Source: Perkinsus chesapeaki ATCC PRA-425 (taxonomy: Eukaryota; Protista; Perkinsozoa). Taken from it: 50,372 bases of DNA. Position 1 is the stretch's first letter; every line of letters begins with the position of its first letter. Below are positions 38,888-50,372 of this stretch, piece after piece. The notes beneath the pieces were generated by a model. The model ran no database searches. It had not been told where the DNA came from and saw nothing but the letters and a program-made list of their open reading frames with translations. A program made the position numbers and the translations under genes. The stretch spans positions 1 through 50,372 of the forward strand of contig JAAPAO010000225.1 in the NCBI GenBank assembly GCA_013115145.1, in the 5' to 3' direction.

Positions 38888-39978
38888 ATGGAAGGGGACG
38901 ATCAATCGATAACAGACGATGCCAGTAATACAACATGCTGTTGTTCCCACTTTAATACGCACCTTAGTACTCAAACAACTGGCTTCAATTAGAGAACAGG
39001 AGTCATCATCATTGCCGTTGATATCACCCCCAAATACGATACAATCGTTCATTCAACAGCTTCAGCAGAATAGCGGTATTCCTTGGACTCCCTCAGGCTT
39101 GATCATTCTTTCCAGTTCCCACCGCCTTCATAGACAAGCTCAAAACTCTACCAAGAGATACTTTGGTCAGAAGGATTCGTCCGGACGGCAATTGCTTCTA
39201 TCGTGCGTATGCCTTTGGTATACTCGAGGTACCAATCACTTCGGTGAGCTGCATATGTTCCTATAGGCCCTGAGACTTCATGGCCAGCAAGACCTACCTG
39301 GTACGGGAACAAGCTTTGTGAATTGGTTCCGAGAGCTTGTTGCAAAAGACGCGCTGGAGCGTTGCGAGAAAGCCGGATATCCGAGGTGGTCGTTGATTCA
39401 TCTTTGGCGTTGATGACATAGTATTATAGATTCACCGTTGAGGACTTTATGGAAGCTTTCCTAGAAGAGATGGACAAATTTGGTGACAACTCTGGCGATA
39501 AGGAAGTTGATGCTGGCAACGACGCTTATATAGTCAGCTTTCTAAGGTTGGCTTTAACAGGCACACTTTCCGTTCTGTAGGGTACAGCAGGTGTCTGGCG
39601 AGCTCAGTACTGAAGCTACATGCATCTGAGTACTCACCATTCCTCGAAACAGGGTACGCTACAATTGACCAATATACAGCGACTGAGGTGGACCCGATGT
39701 ACAAGGAGGCGGACCAACTGCCAATTGTGTCATTGTCCCGGTAACTTACTGAGCTCATACTCATACCATCTACCTCATCAGCTTTCTCCGGATCCCTGTG
39801 GAGATCATTTACATCGATCAGTCACCAGAGACAACTCCAGGTTGGTTCTGTGATCCCTCTGCATTAGTCTTAACTTCCAGCCCGGCATATTTTCCCCTCG
39901 GCAAACCCTTTGCAGTTGCCGACGGTGCAGCTGCTTTATCGCCCAGGACACTACGACCTCCTAGAACAGCAAGCGTGA
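38888..39978 (+). CDS. OTUB1: Otubain-like deubiquitinase (peptidase C65), multi-exon
   Basis: RRIRPDGNCFYRAYAF (catalytic Cys), EVDPMYKEADQLPIVSL and VQLLYRPGHYDLL (catalytic His). Confidence 0.93.
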
Positions 39979-40065
39979 CGATTTTCAACTGTCTTTGGGA
40001 TTCTGGATTTGTCAATCTCATCAACCCGTCCAGATTTACCAAACGTTCCTTTATTACTTTTCAAC

Positions 40066-41330
40066 ATGAGCAGCGCGCCAGAGGATTCAGCAAACGAGGA
40101 GGCGATCAAGGTAGAGTAGAAAATATGAAAATCCAAAAAAAGACCGGAATAAATGTCAGAGTTGTTCTTTGTCGCCCTGGCCGTTGAACGACAGCACGAC
40201 AGTAAAGAGTCGCTACGAGCAACCTCTCGGCGCTGGCGATCCTCACGAACGGGTACGTCATCGACAAGAGCTGTGTGTTAAAGCACGACACGAAACAATC
40301 CGGATAATGAGCTTCCGACAAATACAGCGGGATGCGGTAGGGCTCAGATTAGCAAGGGAGCTATTTAGTTGGTCAGGTGAAGGAAAGCATTATAAGAAAC
40401 AAGACACTGGATGAGATGGAAACTATTCAAGCAGCGTAAGCCGAATTGAGGATGTTGAAATCTGTTTTAGTGTCAGTCATAGAATATGACCAGTCTATGA
40501 CTGGATAATAGGACCCGTATTGCTAGATTGGTGTAATAACAATCCGTAGCTCACTAGGTAGTCATATTATTACTGATCCACTATTAGCAGTTGATGACTG
40601 GTTACAGAATCACAGAATCTCCGTGAAAGTGCACGACATGGGGATTCATAGCAAATCTTATGAAACGGGGCATGGGTTCGGAATGAGCACCACCATCAGG
40701 AGTCTTAAAATGCAGACTAGCAGCTATTAATGCTACACTGTTGGGAACTACGCCCTTTACGCTCCACCGTACTGTGATATAAGTTCATCATATACATAGT
40801 TAATATAAAGATTAATTTATAGTGCCCCTCCTTAGGTGGGACAGAAATAGCCGATGGAATGATAAACTGAAACGGTCACCCTTTGCAAAGGATCTAGTCC
40901 TGCAATTAGAGCGGGCACAACAACTGGCAGAGGAAAAGGAATTGGTAATAATAATGGCAATAGTGGCCGAGACAGAAGCTTATAGGCGGAGAAACAGGAG
41001 GCTCGCGAACGCTACATTCGACATAGAGATGCCCACAATCTCATATTTAAAAGGGCAGTGGCGGACAGCGATCATCTTGAGATGCTCCGAAGGTGGGGGA
41101 AGGAGGGGTGGGAGGAGGGAATGGGTTTTAGGGAAAAACGAATACTACTGGAGAACGAAAAGAAGTTGGCCGCGATGTGTGACGTGGAGAAGACAAATGC
41201 TCGGGCGATTCAAATCCATCGGGATCGGCAACAGAAGGTTGGTGGTTTGGGGCGGCTGAGAGAGATGATGGTGATGTGTAGGAGATTGAACGACAACAAC
41301 GGCTCTTACAGAAGAGGATATCAGCTGTAA
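40066..41330 (+). CDS. Hypothetical coiled-coil protein, multi-exon
   Basis: MSSAPEDSANEEAIK|... with helical exons such as LVLQLERAQQLAEEKE and EKRILLENEKKLAAMCDVEK, bounded by GT/AG. Confidence 0.5.
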
Positions 41331-41508
41331 TGGATGCTAGAAAGTAACATGTATTGATGTTAGGAACTATTATTGGGTTAAGTATTGATAACCAATATCG
41401 CCAGTGTTGCCTTCGATATACTTAGTCTCTCATACAGCTGGCAATCTCGACGAAGACTAACTCAAAACACTATCAAGTATCCACACATTTAAAATAAGAG
41501 TCAGTGCT

Positions 41509-42717
41509 TCAATCACTGCTACTACTGCTACTGCTGCTGTGGCTTCGCTTGTGCTTCTTATCCTTCTTATGTTTCTTATCTTTCTTCTTTTTCTTCTTAT
41601 CATCGTAATACTAACCAATCCATTACTTCCCCAATGCCTCCCTTATACCTCACCATCGGTGCTGCTACTGGATACCCCATAGGTTGTTGTTGTCCATAAG
41701 GCTGGCCATAAGCTCCAGTAGTTGCCCCCACAATCGGCACTGCCCCTGCCGCAACTGGTACACCATAGCCCTGGTTAGGGTAACCATATTGCTGCTGTTG
41801 TTGGTACGGCGCAGTTGGCTGACAATGATAGAGTGCATCTTTAAGCTCCCTGGATCCCGCCTACTTGAGGGTATCCCCCATATGGCGGGGCTCCAGGTTG
41901 CTGTCCGTATGCCGGGGCTCCAGGTTGCTGTCCGTATGGCTGCGGTGGTGGGGGTCCTCCTCCTCCTTGCATCATCATCGGTTGGGCAGCAGCGGAGCTT
42001 ACTACAGTTGCCGTAACGATCGGTGGAGCTCCCTGACCAGCCTAAAAGCCATCTACTTGACACCCACAGAGTGATACTTACCATCATTGTTTCCGGTAAC
42101 ATAGTGACCGCTACTGTGAGGGAGCCGGCTGGCTTACCCTTACTTCTATACCTATAAAAGCCTGCTGCTGGAGAGGAATTTAGTTAACTGGCCTACAGTA
42201 TGAGATCACCAGACCAGCGACCAGTGGGCAACACTGCTGGCATGCTGATTGAGGCTGATCCCACCTGACTCCACATCAGCTTCGGGAAGCCCTTTGTCAC
42301 CCTTACGAAATCATCATCCTTAACGCTTTCTTTGTCCATAACAGTAAACTCCATTTCGGGTTCCATCGCATACTGTAGTATAGCAGTCTCATTCCAGGTC
42401 GGATTAGGTCCGACATCTTTTTGCACCTACTCAAATCGGAGTACAGCATCGAGTCCAACAGGAGGGCATCCCTCCCCACGAGGGAAACTTTTCCGCCCAT
42501 CCGATCTGCACGTTGCCCAATGCCACCTTACCCTGGTCTTAAACTTCTTCCCTTTCCCAAGCTTCACCACGCAGTATCTGCCAGAAGAAGCTCCAATAGA
42601 CCATCTTAACTGAGCTGGACGTTACGGGTCCATCTTGCCGAACATTTCGGTGTCATGGAGACCTCGGGCGTAGCGAACCTCGACCCTTACTGCGTTATAT
42701 TGGGGAGGATACGACAT
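41509..42717 (-). CDS. C2-domain protein, paralog 2, with Pro/Gln/Tyr-rich tail and Lys/Ser-rich end
   Basis: VRVEVRYARGLHDTEMFGKMDP|YCVVKLG..KFKTR|VQKDVGPNPTWNE..MDKESVKDDDF|VGSASI; tail PYGQQPGAP repeats; ends KKDKKHKRSHSSSSSSSSD*. Confidence 0.88.
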
Positions 42718-42806
42718 TAAAAAGCAATCTGAAAGCTCTCGACCAGTTCATAACACCACAGAACTGTTCCACAATGATTAACACTTTAGTGTGTATGATG
42801 GTTAAC

Positions 42807-44752
42807 TTAATAGTGTGGATAAGCTCCGGCGGGCTGTTGGACATAGACAACTGGCTGGCCATCAGGACCAGGAGGTGACTGAGCACACAAATGGAGACAC
42901 TAGCTCCTACCCCAGACGAGGCACCTACTTGATAGTTACTAGTGGCAAAGTTGGCAGGATTGTATCCCTGACTGGGTGGGGCTGAAGGGGGGCCTCCGGC
43001 GAACTGCTGTTGTTGTTGGCCTGTTGATGGAGTGCTACTGTAATATTGCTGCTGCTGTGATGATGATTGTACTTGAACCAATGGCTGACCATCTGAGCCT
43101 GGAGGGGCCTGGATAAGATGTAATGGATGCTTGAATTGATCCACCAAGGCAGTTTGATAACATTTAAATTTCAGATGCTGTACAGTAGAGTTAGTGGAGT
43201 TCGGTAAGATATCGTGTCTAGAGGTGTTAATGGCAGTCTTTCACGTTTGGAAGGCTTCCGAGCCACGAAATAATGAAGTAGTTTTGCGAAGCCTTAGCTT
43301 GGCATCCCCGAAGCTGACAGTTAGACTCCCTTCTTTGTCCAACTCACTTGATAGTTATTAGTAGCAAAGTTGCTATTGTAACTCGGCGTAGGCTGTTGAG
43401 TTGACGGAGCCGATGCCGCACCTGGAATGACTCTACCTTGAATCTGAAGCGGAGGCGAATATCATCACCGAGCCTAGAATCACATCGTGAATCTCTACAG
43501 CGAGCCAACGGCAGCTACGTTGAGACGGCGTAAGCAAACATATAAGACAACGGAAGCCGATCATCAGGACAGTCGTACCATAGGCCCTCTGAAGCTGCCT
43601 GCTGGCGCAGTGCCTATCACTGTTGCATTAACCACGGTTGCTCCAGCACTCATCGGTTGAGAAGCGTAGGAGGAGGAGGCTGTGGCCGGGACAGCCGTGG
43701 CCATCACTGGCTGCGCACTCTGAAGATTGGGAATCTTATCACAGTTCCAATGATTTTTATTTACCCCATAAGAGCTGGTATTTGCCGACACAACTGTAGC
43801 CATGACCGGTTGTGGCTGGTGTGATGTCACTGGCACTGCAGTAGCGTGCGCCACAACCGTCGGTACTGTTGTTGGTGTCGATGAGGCGGTGCTGCTAGCT
43901 GAGGGGGCCTCTAGTTTGATGGTCACATTCAACGTGCCTGCCTTATGGGCTCCATCTCGATACCTGAGTTATAGTGGTAACAGTATTGATGGTGATACTT
44001 ACAAAATGAGATCTCCTTGCCACTTGCCATGCTTGACAATCGATGCCATACTCACTCTGGCAGATCCTACCTGAAAGGGAAATGCATATCGCTGGCAACT
44101 ATCAGACGGGCAAGTCTGTAAATAACGGGCGGACTGCTAGATTAGACGATGTTAATATCTGAGGAAAGCTCCCCAAGTCTCCCGACTGGCGAGACGCTAC
44201 TACAAAGTTTGGAATCCAAACCCTGCCTCACTCGATGAGAAAGATACCCTATGCGGCAGAGCCAGCATCACTATAATAATATGTTTTCCCTAGATAAATA
44301 ACAATGTCTATAAAACACTATATCTCTTTATATTCGATATGATGGTATGCGTTGTTATTATTCTACTGCGAGGTCCATTAAAGCTGACATTAAAAGTACT
44401 TACAAAATCATCAGAACTGAAGGTATCCTTGTCCCAAACTTCAAATGATATCTCCGGCTCACTATCATACTTGAACTTAGTCGTCTCGTAGAATTCAGGG
44501 TTCCTCCCCACATCTTTTTTAACCTATAAAAATATGCCTCACCCGGGGATCGAACCAGAGTCGTTCGGCCTACATCAGTCTTGAACTTCTTCTTTTGTCC
44601 AAGTCTAACCTTGACGTATCTGAAACCGTCAATCCCTTTTTTGGCCAACCTTGAGCTTACGGGTCCATCTTGCCGAACATCTCGGTATCATACAGATCTC
44701 GTGCATAATTGATCTCGACTTTTACTTTACTATTTTCTGGGGCGGACATCAT
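42807..44752 (-). CDS. C2-domain protein, paralog 1, with low-complexity tail
   Basis: VKVEINYARDLYDTEMFGKMDP|YVKVRLG..KFKTD|VKKDVGRNPEFYE..WDKDTFSSDDF|VGSARV; same intron positions as paralog 2. Confidence 0.88.
44524..44573 (-). pseudogene. 50-nt intron composed mostly of a tRNA 3'-half (His-like), sense to the host gene
   Basis: GTAGGCCGAACGACTCTGGTTCGATCCCCGGGTGAGGCATATTTTTATAG; exons join as KTD|VKK. Confidence 0.6.
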
Positions 44753-44967
44753 TAAAACAACTTCTAAACCATAATAATCGACACTATAAGGCCCCCTGCC
44801 ACGAGAGATTCTCAGCCTCTCTGCCAGAGAACCCGATATTGCCGAGGATGCGCACGAATCCACTGTTGATAGGCTTTCCTGCTGCAACTACTAGTTAACA
44901 CTAGAGAAGAGCGAAGAATTGGAAACTCGGTCTGAACAGTTTTCACTAGTGGTAATATTAAACAAGG

Positions 44968-47055
44968 TCACTCAACTTCGACAATCTTAGGGGTTGCTAT
45001 TTTCTTGTTTTTATCAATGAATTTCTTCAACACATCCAGATACCTAAAATCCATCTACCATCCAAAGTCTGCTATCCTTGCCGCTCACCTCTGACCGCCC
45101 CTCTGCCAAGTGTCATTGTGGGTGGCATTCTGGAAACTCTCGAAGGTGCAATCGATTCCACTATCATTGCAGATGTCGTGCAACTTGGCCATATGAGACG
45201 GAGGCACCTAATAGAACATTCCCCATACGGAGTTTACAGTAGCTACTATTTCGTCCTGGGCTGCGGAGAGAAGTAGAACTGGTGTCCTGAAAAAGCAGAA
45301 TAGCAAATGGAGCATGGCAGCAATTGGCAGGTAAATAGGCATATAAAAAATAACGGCCGAAACACGAAAATGGTTAAGTGAGGTTGACCCATGCCTGCTG
45401 CTGCTGCCGAGAGCAGCAATACCATTCCGCGGTTAGAAATGAGGTTGCTTGGTAATTTAACATTTCGTCATAAGAGACCTGACTACCTGAATCGAGTGTT
45501 TCACAGCTAATTCTTTAATGTCCCGGAAGTCGATGCGTCGTTGGTTTAATACATGATATAGTCCTATTTCCGTTCAGGTCAGAAAGGCTAACCCGGAATA
45601 GAAGACGTTTTTCCAAGCTCAGTTCAGCGACGTTGATGCATGATGACTCCTCATGGCTGCTACTGCCAAGGGCAGGATATTGCCACTTACTTCTTTCCGA
45701 GCTTCTCCACGTATTTGTATGTCTCCCACTTGAGTCGCAAAAACGGCTTCTTGATCCATTCAAACCGCAAGAAAGGGAATAAGGAATTCACCATTGATGA
45801 TATTGATAGGAAGGTGTTTTCCAGTATCAAACCTTCATAGTGAACAGCAATAAAGAGTCACGCGCCATAAAATTACCTCTGGGAGGATGCCCCTCATTCG
45901 CCAGCTTGGCTGAATATTCGGCAGCCACAGAACCACCTATCAGGAGAAATACACAACGCTGAAAATATATAAAAAACTCACCGAGAGATCTTCCGAAAAA
46001 AAAGATATTTTCGGGGTCCACTAAGTCTTGATTACTCTCGACCCAATCGTTAAGGCCGTCCAAGTCCATCATTATCCCTGAATGACCGCCGGCTTTTGCT
46101 CCCGAACTAGTGAATGCGACTATACCTTCCTCACTAGGGGCTCCAGTGCTATCTCCATAACCTCGGTAATCAAACGCAAGGACATTGACCTTCATGTACT
46201 AAACAACAATGATACTACGATGCCCATTAGCCTTCCTCAAGTGGCTGTAGAATTCCTTAAATGAGTAAATAGATCTAGAGCTACAACTTATGAGAAAAAC
46301 ATTGATGATTTTGACTTGGCCGTCAACGGATATGAGAGCAAATGCGTGCAATCCAGCCCAGCCAGATTTCATACCGAAATTCTCACAATTATTGGTGATA
46401 GATGGCAGGGTTGCATGCTCTAGAGTAGAGGCCGGACATTCTCCTCGGTATGACCACAGAGATACGATGAACCAGCTATATCTTCCCTGATATTACCGAG
46501 GTCATCTGTTGATAATTTGGCATCCTGAGTCCCATATTTCCGGCATTGGCATGGCAAAATACAATAGTAGGAACTGTTGAGGTATCACTAACACCCATTG
46601 CCTGACAATAACAGCTCGCACTATAAAAGATATTTTCGAGGTTACATGGATGAACCATGCGTGGATGGTTTGGCCGTCTTCAGTGGCGACTCTAACATCC
46701 TCAAATTTCATACCGACTTCTCCGGGAGATCGCATGCCTGCCTCAAAGCTGAGCTATTTTGAATCTTTCACCATACTACCTGGAGGGTTAGTGTTCACAG
46801 TGGTTATACCTTGAACCTCTGGCATCTAATATAAACGAAGAAATTACCGGGGCAAGAAGGGCGAGCCTACATAGAGCATTTTCTCCTGGGACGCTACTAG
46901 GATAGCCAGTAGTGCTACAATAACACCAATGCAAAGGAGAACAACCTTCGTCCTGAAACAGCTAGAGGTGTCAGAAAAAAACAAGGTACATATTACCAGC
47001 TCATTGTGAGGAAAAGAACTCCGAGTACTCCACCAACGATAACAAATCCATTCAT
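44968..47055 (-). CDS. ABHD13: ABHD13/BEM46-like alpha/beta hydrolase, multi-exon
   Basis: N-terminal TM then QEKMLY, EDVRVATEDGQTIHAWF, PTIVFCHANAGNMG, VLAFDYRGYGDSTGAPSEEG, FFGRSLGGSVA (GxSxG) and ENTFLSISSMV. Confidence 0.9.
46961..46977 (-). repeat. Dispersed 17-bp motif copy 6, near the 3' end of ABHD13 intron 1
   Basis: GCTAGAGGTGTCAGAAA exact on +; sense orientation in the host intron. Confidence 0.9.
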
Positions 47056-47099
47056 AATCAACGAAAAACTCTAAAACCGATGTGTGACCCTACGAAAGA

Positions 47100-47881
47100 G
47101 TAAGAGGACAACATTAGGCTGGTGCGCTGGTAGCGTTGGGGAAACGCAAGATATTGTGAGATAGCAAGATTAGATGTATCACTGCGCAAGTGTTGTTGAC
47201 GACCCTTTGAAAATATGTATCGAAGCGTACCAGTTTGCAATAAGATTTGTGCACGGAAGGTTAATGAAAGGAACAGAGAGATACATAAGCAGAAGTTGAA
47301 GGAAATGCGGTAGTATGCTGCTTGACCTTCGAGGAATCTACCCACTTCGACCTAAGATACGTTAAGTTCGGATTTTCGGCAGGTCCACCGTGGATACCAG
47401 AGAGCCTAACGTTTGCAATTTGGAACATTTGCGGATCAATGCTAAGCGAGAGCAGCTCCTCGAGGAGAGGTTAAAAGATACTTTCGACCCTTTGGGACAC
47501 GCATCAACCTTAGATACTCCGAAATCGACAGGGAAAATCGGATACTGCTACAAGTAATAATGACGCGCCTTTCTGCTGTTGGACTGTACCTTGCCAGAAA
47601 ATGTCTGACATTATGCGGCATCCGTCGGCTACAATGCAAGCGGCTCAGTTAACAGGAGGGGTAATATAATAGGTAACTAGCAATAAGAGAATACACCGTA
47701 ACAGGTGAACCAACCTGGGCCTACCAGTCTGAATAAATCATTGAGGAAAAAAGAGCTTATGAGAATTACTAGGGTAGTAGTGCGGAGGATCGGCGGTTAG
47801 GATTGGATAGTCATCTCAAACATCTTAGGAAAATCAAGGGATCCTCAGACGCATCCAGAATTCTCGACCGCAATATAGTCA
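47100..47881 (-). CDS. Possible hypothetical gene; structure unresolved
   Basis: Several splice-bounded open segments (e.g. SRRMPHNVRHFLAR) between ABHD13 and the next divergent gene. Confidence 0.3.
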
Positions 47882-47990
47882 TGTAAAGTGGGAACAGAGC
47901 TACCGGCAAAACCGCTACTATCTGAGAAATTGCTGCGACCTGCCGTTCGTGCTGGACAGCTCTCGGAAGGCACGAGGGCGGGGCGAGGAA

Positions 47991-48716
47991 ATGGTGCAAG
48001 GAGAAGGAACGGAGTTGGCGGGCTCCATGAGCCCGGAGGGAAGCCCGATGCAGGCCACGGAAGCGGATGGCGGCGACCTTAGATACGTTTTAAAGGAAGG
48101 ACAGAAGCTGGGGGCTGGGTAAGCCATATCCGGGCGAGAGTTGGAGGAAATGTGGTATAGGTACTATTTGGTTGAAATGGCTACGGATGGCCGAGTGCTA
48201 ACTATATCAGCCTACGATGGGGAATCCCAGAAGACGTTAGAGCTAATAATAAACGAGAAAAACCATCGCAAGCTGTATGGGTGCTTGCTGGTATACAGTG
48301 CACGCTTGAAGCTTAGATATCGTGAGGTTGCTGGAGACTATTCAAAGCTAGCGGCCAGACTGACGATTGAGGGGGACAGGCTGGTCCTTCTCCCACATGA
48401 GCCTTTGCAGGTGCCTCCAGAGTTACTGGAACCCGCCGAGGTAAGCCCTTACGGACTTGCCTTTATATAGTGTGGATTCAGAATACTTTTGAGCCGCCTG
48501 TTGAGGCTACCGCTCCGGTTTCTGACACCCCTAGCGAGTCTCTTACTGCCGAGGAGCTAGTAAGTGCAAGCTCATTAACGCTGCGCCGTATGGCGATTGC
48601 GGTAGGTCCGTCCGTCAGCCAGCTCGGTGCATCCTGATGGGGACCTGTCATCTGTGGACCCTCTCGAAGTTACCAATGAAGAGATAGCAGGTAAGATAAT
48701 GAAGATGGCTTTGTAG
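47991..48716 (+). CDS. Hypothetical protein, multi-exon; end uncertain
   Basis: MVQGEGTELAGSMS..., RYYLVEMATDGRVLTISAYDGESQKTLELIINEKNHRKL|YREVAGDYSKLAARLTIEGDRLVL; clean splice sites. Confidence 0.65.
48519..48535 (+). repeat. Dispersed 17-bp motif copy 7 (one mismatch), apparently exonic
   Basis: TTTCTGACACCCCTAGC; reads as VSDTPS in the host frame. Confidence 0.6.
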
Positions 48717-50372
48717 TATTGGTTGCTTCGTACAGAGCAAGTTGACGTATCCGTAAGTTTGCCTAGTACATCGGCAGCAGGTCGAGCCCCTAGAGTGTAT
48801 GTTCGTGGACTCACACCAAGTACGCCTAGTGTTTATTCTAATTATAACTAGGAGTAGATAGAACATGATTAATAGGATAAGTTGTTGGAATAGAACATAG
48901 TGTTGAGTTATACGAGTAGTAGTGGTTAAATATACCAACGAAGTTCTTGTCAAGAAATAACCTCATTCGTTTGTCCCGAGAGTCGAGATTTGAGCTCACG
49001 AAGAACAGTGGTCGAAGCTGTCTACGGCCTTGCGCATGCGTGCAACAAGTTGTGACACGTTGCCAAGATACTTAAGAGCTACTACATTGTAATAGCACGG
49101 TGTTAGTAGCACCTTAGGAAGCTAAGTTATAAGTTAATTGCAACTTTATCAAACACAACAAGTACCGTTGGGTTCCTAATATTGGCACACATTCCAACAC
49201 GATTATATGCCTACGCGGGGACAAGTGGAATTTAGCCGGCACTAGAACAATTTAAAGAGAGACGCATACCAAATTGACCAAATCATTCCACGACTCGCAC
49301 TTCGTCATGCGAATGATGTAAACTATCGATAATATCGATGGCTTCACTGATAGGCTGCGGCTAGCAATAGTCTGCAAGAATACTAGAAAGCAATCAACTG
49401 CTTAACGCTTAGGGTCCCATTGTAATCTTACAAGGAAAAGAAACAGACAAAGACCACTACTGTTTAGTTTCAAGTAGCTCCAGAACGCTTGGGCTATTAA
49501 AATGCGTCGTAAAAGCTTCAGTGCGTTCAATCCCATTTCAGCTCAATCGCCGGTCACCTGCGAGATGCCTTGTCGTAAGATACCATGCGATATATCGTTA
49601 ACGTATCTTATCATCATTTGCTGGGAGTAATTCTCAGGCCACTAGGGCCAGGTGACTTCGGGTATTGCTTGACGGGATTCACGCCGCACAAACCAAATTG
49701 AATGAACAAGGACTTGGAATGCAGGTTAGGACGGTCACAGATTCTGTGCCACGACCCGCGACACAGACTCTTCGGAATATCGGCAGCAATTTGCCTCGAC
49801 TGGCTGTTACTTACGGTTTCAGCTGCAACTACTGTAATCGGTGGGTAATAACACTGCAGGATGCAGTGAATCCGCTTCACCAGCTGACCAATCTGTACTG
49901 TCCAGCCCGTAGCACTACCACCCACTCCGACAGAAAAAGGAAGCATTGAGGTGGGTTATGTAGAGAAGTAGCTATGTCCACGAGACATGTCTCATGGGCC
50001 GTTTGCGGAACAGAAATTAGTGGAGTTAATTTTTGTTAGTGTACTACATGTCTAGCATCTCGATCCACTAGCTAGCGTTTTCTCCTGCTCATCAGCGTTG
50101 CCCCACCATCTCAGTATGTCTTGGGATGGTGCTACTGGTAGTAGTCCGCCGATTCGGCGGCGCCGAAGAGCGAGACTGAGCTTTATTCCTTCACAGCTAA
50201 CCTTTGAGAATGCGACACTTCATGAGATCTGATCACGGGAAAGATCGTTGTGTCGTGCGTCATACCACACTTCCGTCAACTCTCACCCCAATAAGGCGCC
50301 TCCGTGCTATTAATGTATGTCGACTGTACTCGAACAGGATCACTTATGTAGTGATTTCCTTTCGTTCACAAG

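Overview
Gene-dense, intron-rich eukaryotic protist DNA. The very short GT-AG introns, moderate GC and alveolate-type Ran sequence suggest Perkinsus or a close relative (inference; no search run). Most ORF-track entries are exon fragments or artefacts, so gene models were stitched by hand across splice sites and their boundaries are approximate. Recognisable genes are a Mn-type CDF/MTP transporter, SEC22, a Cid1/TUTase-family nucleotidyltransferase, TFIIB, a Gemin2-like protein, uridine kinase, Ran, proteasome alpha-5, VPS4, an ADO/PCO thiol dioxygenase, a multi-EF-hand protein, otubain, two tandem C2-domain paralogs and ABHD13/BEM46, plus several hypotheticals. Three patterns are not explained by these genes. 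(1) About ten degenerate tRNA-derived pieces (T-arm/B-box, sometimes near full length, either strand, apparently several isotypes), seven of them inside spliceosomal introns, two filling almost the whole intron. (2) A dispersed 17-bp motif, TTTCTGACACCTCTAGC, with six exact copies and one single-mismatch copy. (3) A gene-poor island at about 30.2-34.5 kb packed with perfect palindromes, mostly with a 1-nt spacer, around a probable retroelement relic.
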